Shown here one piece after another: positions 62,221 through 64,000 of a DNA stretch of 64,000 nt. The position numbers were made by a program, and so were the translations under genes. The notes below the pieces were generated by a model. The model was not told where the DNA came from and made no database searches. It saw nothing but the letters and a program-made list of their open reading frames with translations. Origin of the DNA: Lama guanicoe (Eukaryota); NCBI GenBank assembly GCA_013239625.1, contig MU053376.1, positions 2,344,507 to 2,408,506 of the forward strand, in the 5' to 3' direction. Positions within the stretch are counted from its first letter, which is position 1; every line of letters begins with the position of its first letter.

Positions 62221-63169
62221 GGAAAGAAATGATACATACAACCCAGCAAGATTTAAGGACAGTGGATGAAAACACTTGTAACACAGATAATAAAATAAAG
62301 TTGAGCCAAGACTGTTCCACAAAGGACATGTCATAATGTTCTGAATCATAACTTGCTAGAAAGATCAAAATTTAGCTCCAAACTTTTGTCCCAAAGCTGG
62401 AACAAAGGAGGAAACATGATTATTACAAAACTCACTAAGCACTTTGGGTTCTCTCATTCGGTCCTCCGAGGCCCTGCCCAGCAGATGTGCAGCGGTTTTT
62501 CTGAAGCTGTTGGGGAGCTGGTGAGTATGTGGAACTATCTTCCTCTTGGTCTGTTCTGCGTAAAGGAGGAAAAACCTGTTGGCTTTTAGAGGAGACTTCT
62601 CACTGAGGAGAATTCAAAAAAAGTTGGAAAAATCAGGAAATACAAAAACAAACAAACAAAAAAACTGTTTGATCGTTTTGGAGACATAACAAGACAGGCA
62701 TAATTCCAGGGCTAAGATTTGCAAGAGGGAAATCCAGAACAGTGAGCCGAGCTGAGTCCTCACTGGGGACTGCTTTTCCTTGGGGGAAGTCATCTAAATT
62801 GAGAAAAGTTGATTAGAGGGTGGGAGACTGAGAAGATGTCCGGAGCTTACCACAAATTTACAGGATTGGGGCCACAACAAGAGGTGATAGGAGCCTGCTG
62901 TTGAGGGGCGCTGGTAACCTCCCCGCCAAGCTCCCGGCTGAGATCCCAAGTGCTGTCCCCTTAGGCATCGTGGTAACCCACAAGTAGCCTGCCCCGAGCA
63001 CAGACAGAAAATCAGCTTTGAATCATCTCAGTCTATGACTGGATGAAACTAACATGGAATGACCAATCCTCTGCCCTCCTTCCAGAAGCAAATATAAATT
63101 CACCTCAGAGGAAGATGATATTCTAAACTTGAAATTAGCTTTATAACTTTTCAAATGCAATGCTCAGAA

Positions 63170-63410
63170 ACATTCAGAATAGGTGAAGCCATAGGGGCAG
63201 AAAGTAAACCAGGGGTTTCCTGGGACTAAGGGGACAGAGGAGAGGGATGTGGTGCTAATGAGTGTGAGGTTTCTTTTGGGGGGTAATGAAGATCTTCTGA
63301 AATTAGATAATGGTGCTGGCTGCCCAATTCTGTGAATATACCCAAAACCACCGACTTGTACACTTTAAAAAGGTGAATTATATTTCAATAATATTATTTA
63401 AAAAATGAAG
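63170..63410 (+). mobile_element. Old L1 (L1MB-like) 3' end
   Basis: ctgaaattagataatggtgctggctgcccaattctgtgaatatacccaaaacca...tactttaaa-like. Confidence 0.65.
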
Positions 63411-63654
63411 ATGAAATGAAAATGTACTCAGATCAACAAACTTTAGGGAAAATAGAAATAGTTAAGGTACAATGATTTTAGGACAAAATGATTTGGCTTG
63501 TCAAGGAATGATTCTGTCCTCATTTTCTTTAGTTACAACTGTTAATCCAAGAAGAGGCCACTCAATGAATTCTGGTCCTGAAGCTTTCATATCATATTCT
63601 CATATGACTTCTCTTGGGGCCAGACTACTAATTTTTTTAAGTATCCTAAATTTC

Positions 63655-63910
63655 CCCCTTTTTTACTGAACTATTATTGACATACAATATTATATTAGAT
63701 TCAGGTGTACAACACAGTGATTTAATATTTATATACATTATGAGATGGTCCCCACAATAAGCCTAGTTACCTTCTGTCACTTTACAAAGTTATTACAATA
63801 TTGTTGACTATATTCTCTGTGCTGTACATGACATCCTCACGATTTGTTTAATTTATAACTGGAAGTTTATACCTCCTAATCCCCTTTGTCTATTTCTCCC
63901 ATCCCCCTAT
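63655..63910 (-). mobile_element. L1 3'-end fragment
   Basis: attgacatacaatattatattag...caggtgtacaacacagtgattt. Confidence 0.75.
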
Positions 63911-64000
63911 TATAATTTTAAAGCAATTTTGCAGGTTCCCTAAACAGACTGATAAACGCTGGGATCAGCCACAGTATATTCTCCTGTTTCTATATGGGAT

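Noticed and set aside
54700..64000. IL24 exons expected downstream by synteny
   Set aside because: No IL-10-family coding signature was found. The region is mainly L1, LTR and MIR.
1..64000. CRISPR array, prokaryotic operon or other novel multi-gene system
   Set aside because: Intron-containing mammalian DNA with no regular repeat-spacer array. Non-genic structure is explained by known repeat classes.

Overview
Mammalian genomic DNA, most likely camelid (several copies of a tRNA-Ala-derived SINE resembling camelid Vic-1). The window covers part of the IL-10-family cytokine cluster. Two intact five-coding-exon genes can be spliced by hand on the + strand: IL19 (CDS 29481-34841, 177 aa) and IL20 (CDS 51369-54044, 176 aa). 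All coding introns are GT-AG and phase 0, and the three internal exons are the same size in both genes (66/153/75 nt). No IL10 or IL24 coding exons were found. The rest is mostly transposon-derived: a decayed ERVL provirus with nested LTRs, old and younger L1 fragments (several with target-site duplications), solo LTRs, hAT MITEs and MIRs. Most ORFs in the supplied track are spurious. I found no convincing new biological system. The best leads are regulatory or evolutionary: a convergent CTCF motif pair, kB/CRE motif clusters, candidate alternative 5' non-coding exons, an Asp at the expected IL19 signal-peptide -1 position, and an A-tailed retrocopy of an LTR-like transcript end. Repeat family names come from recognition, not a database search, and repeat boundaries without a TSD are approximate.
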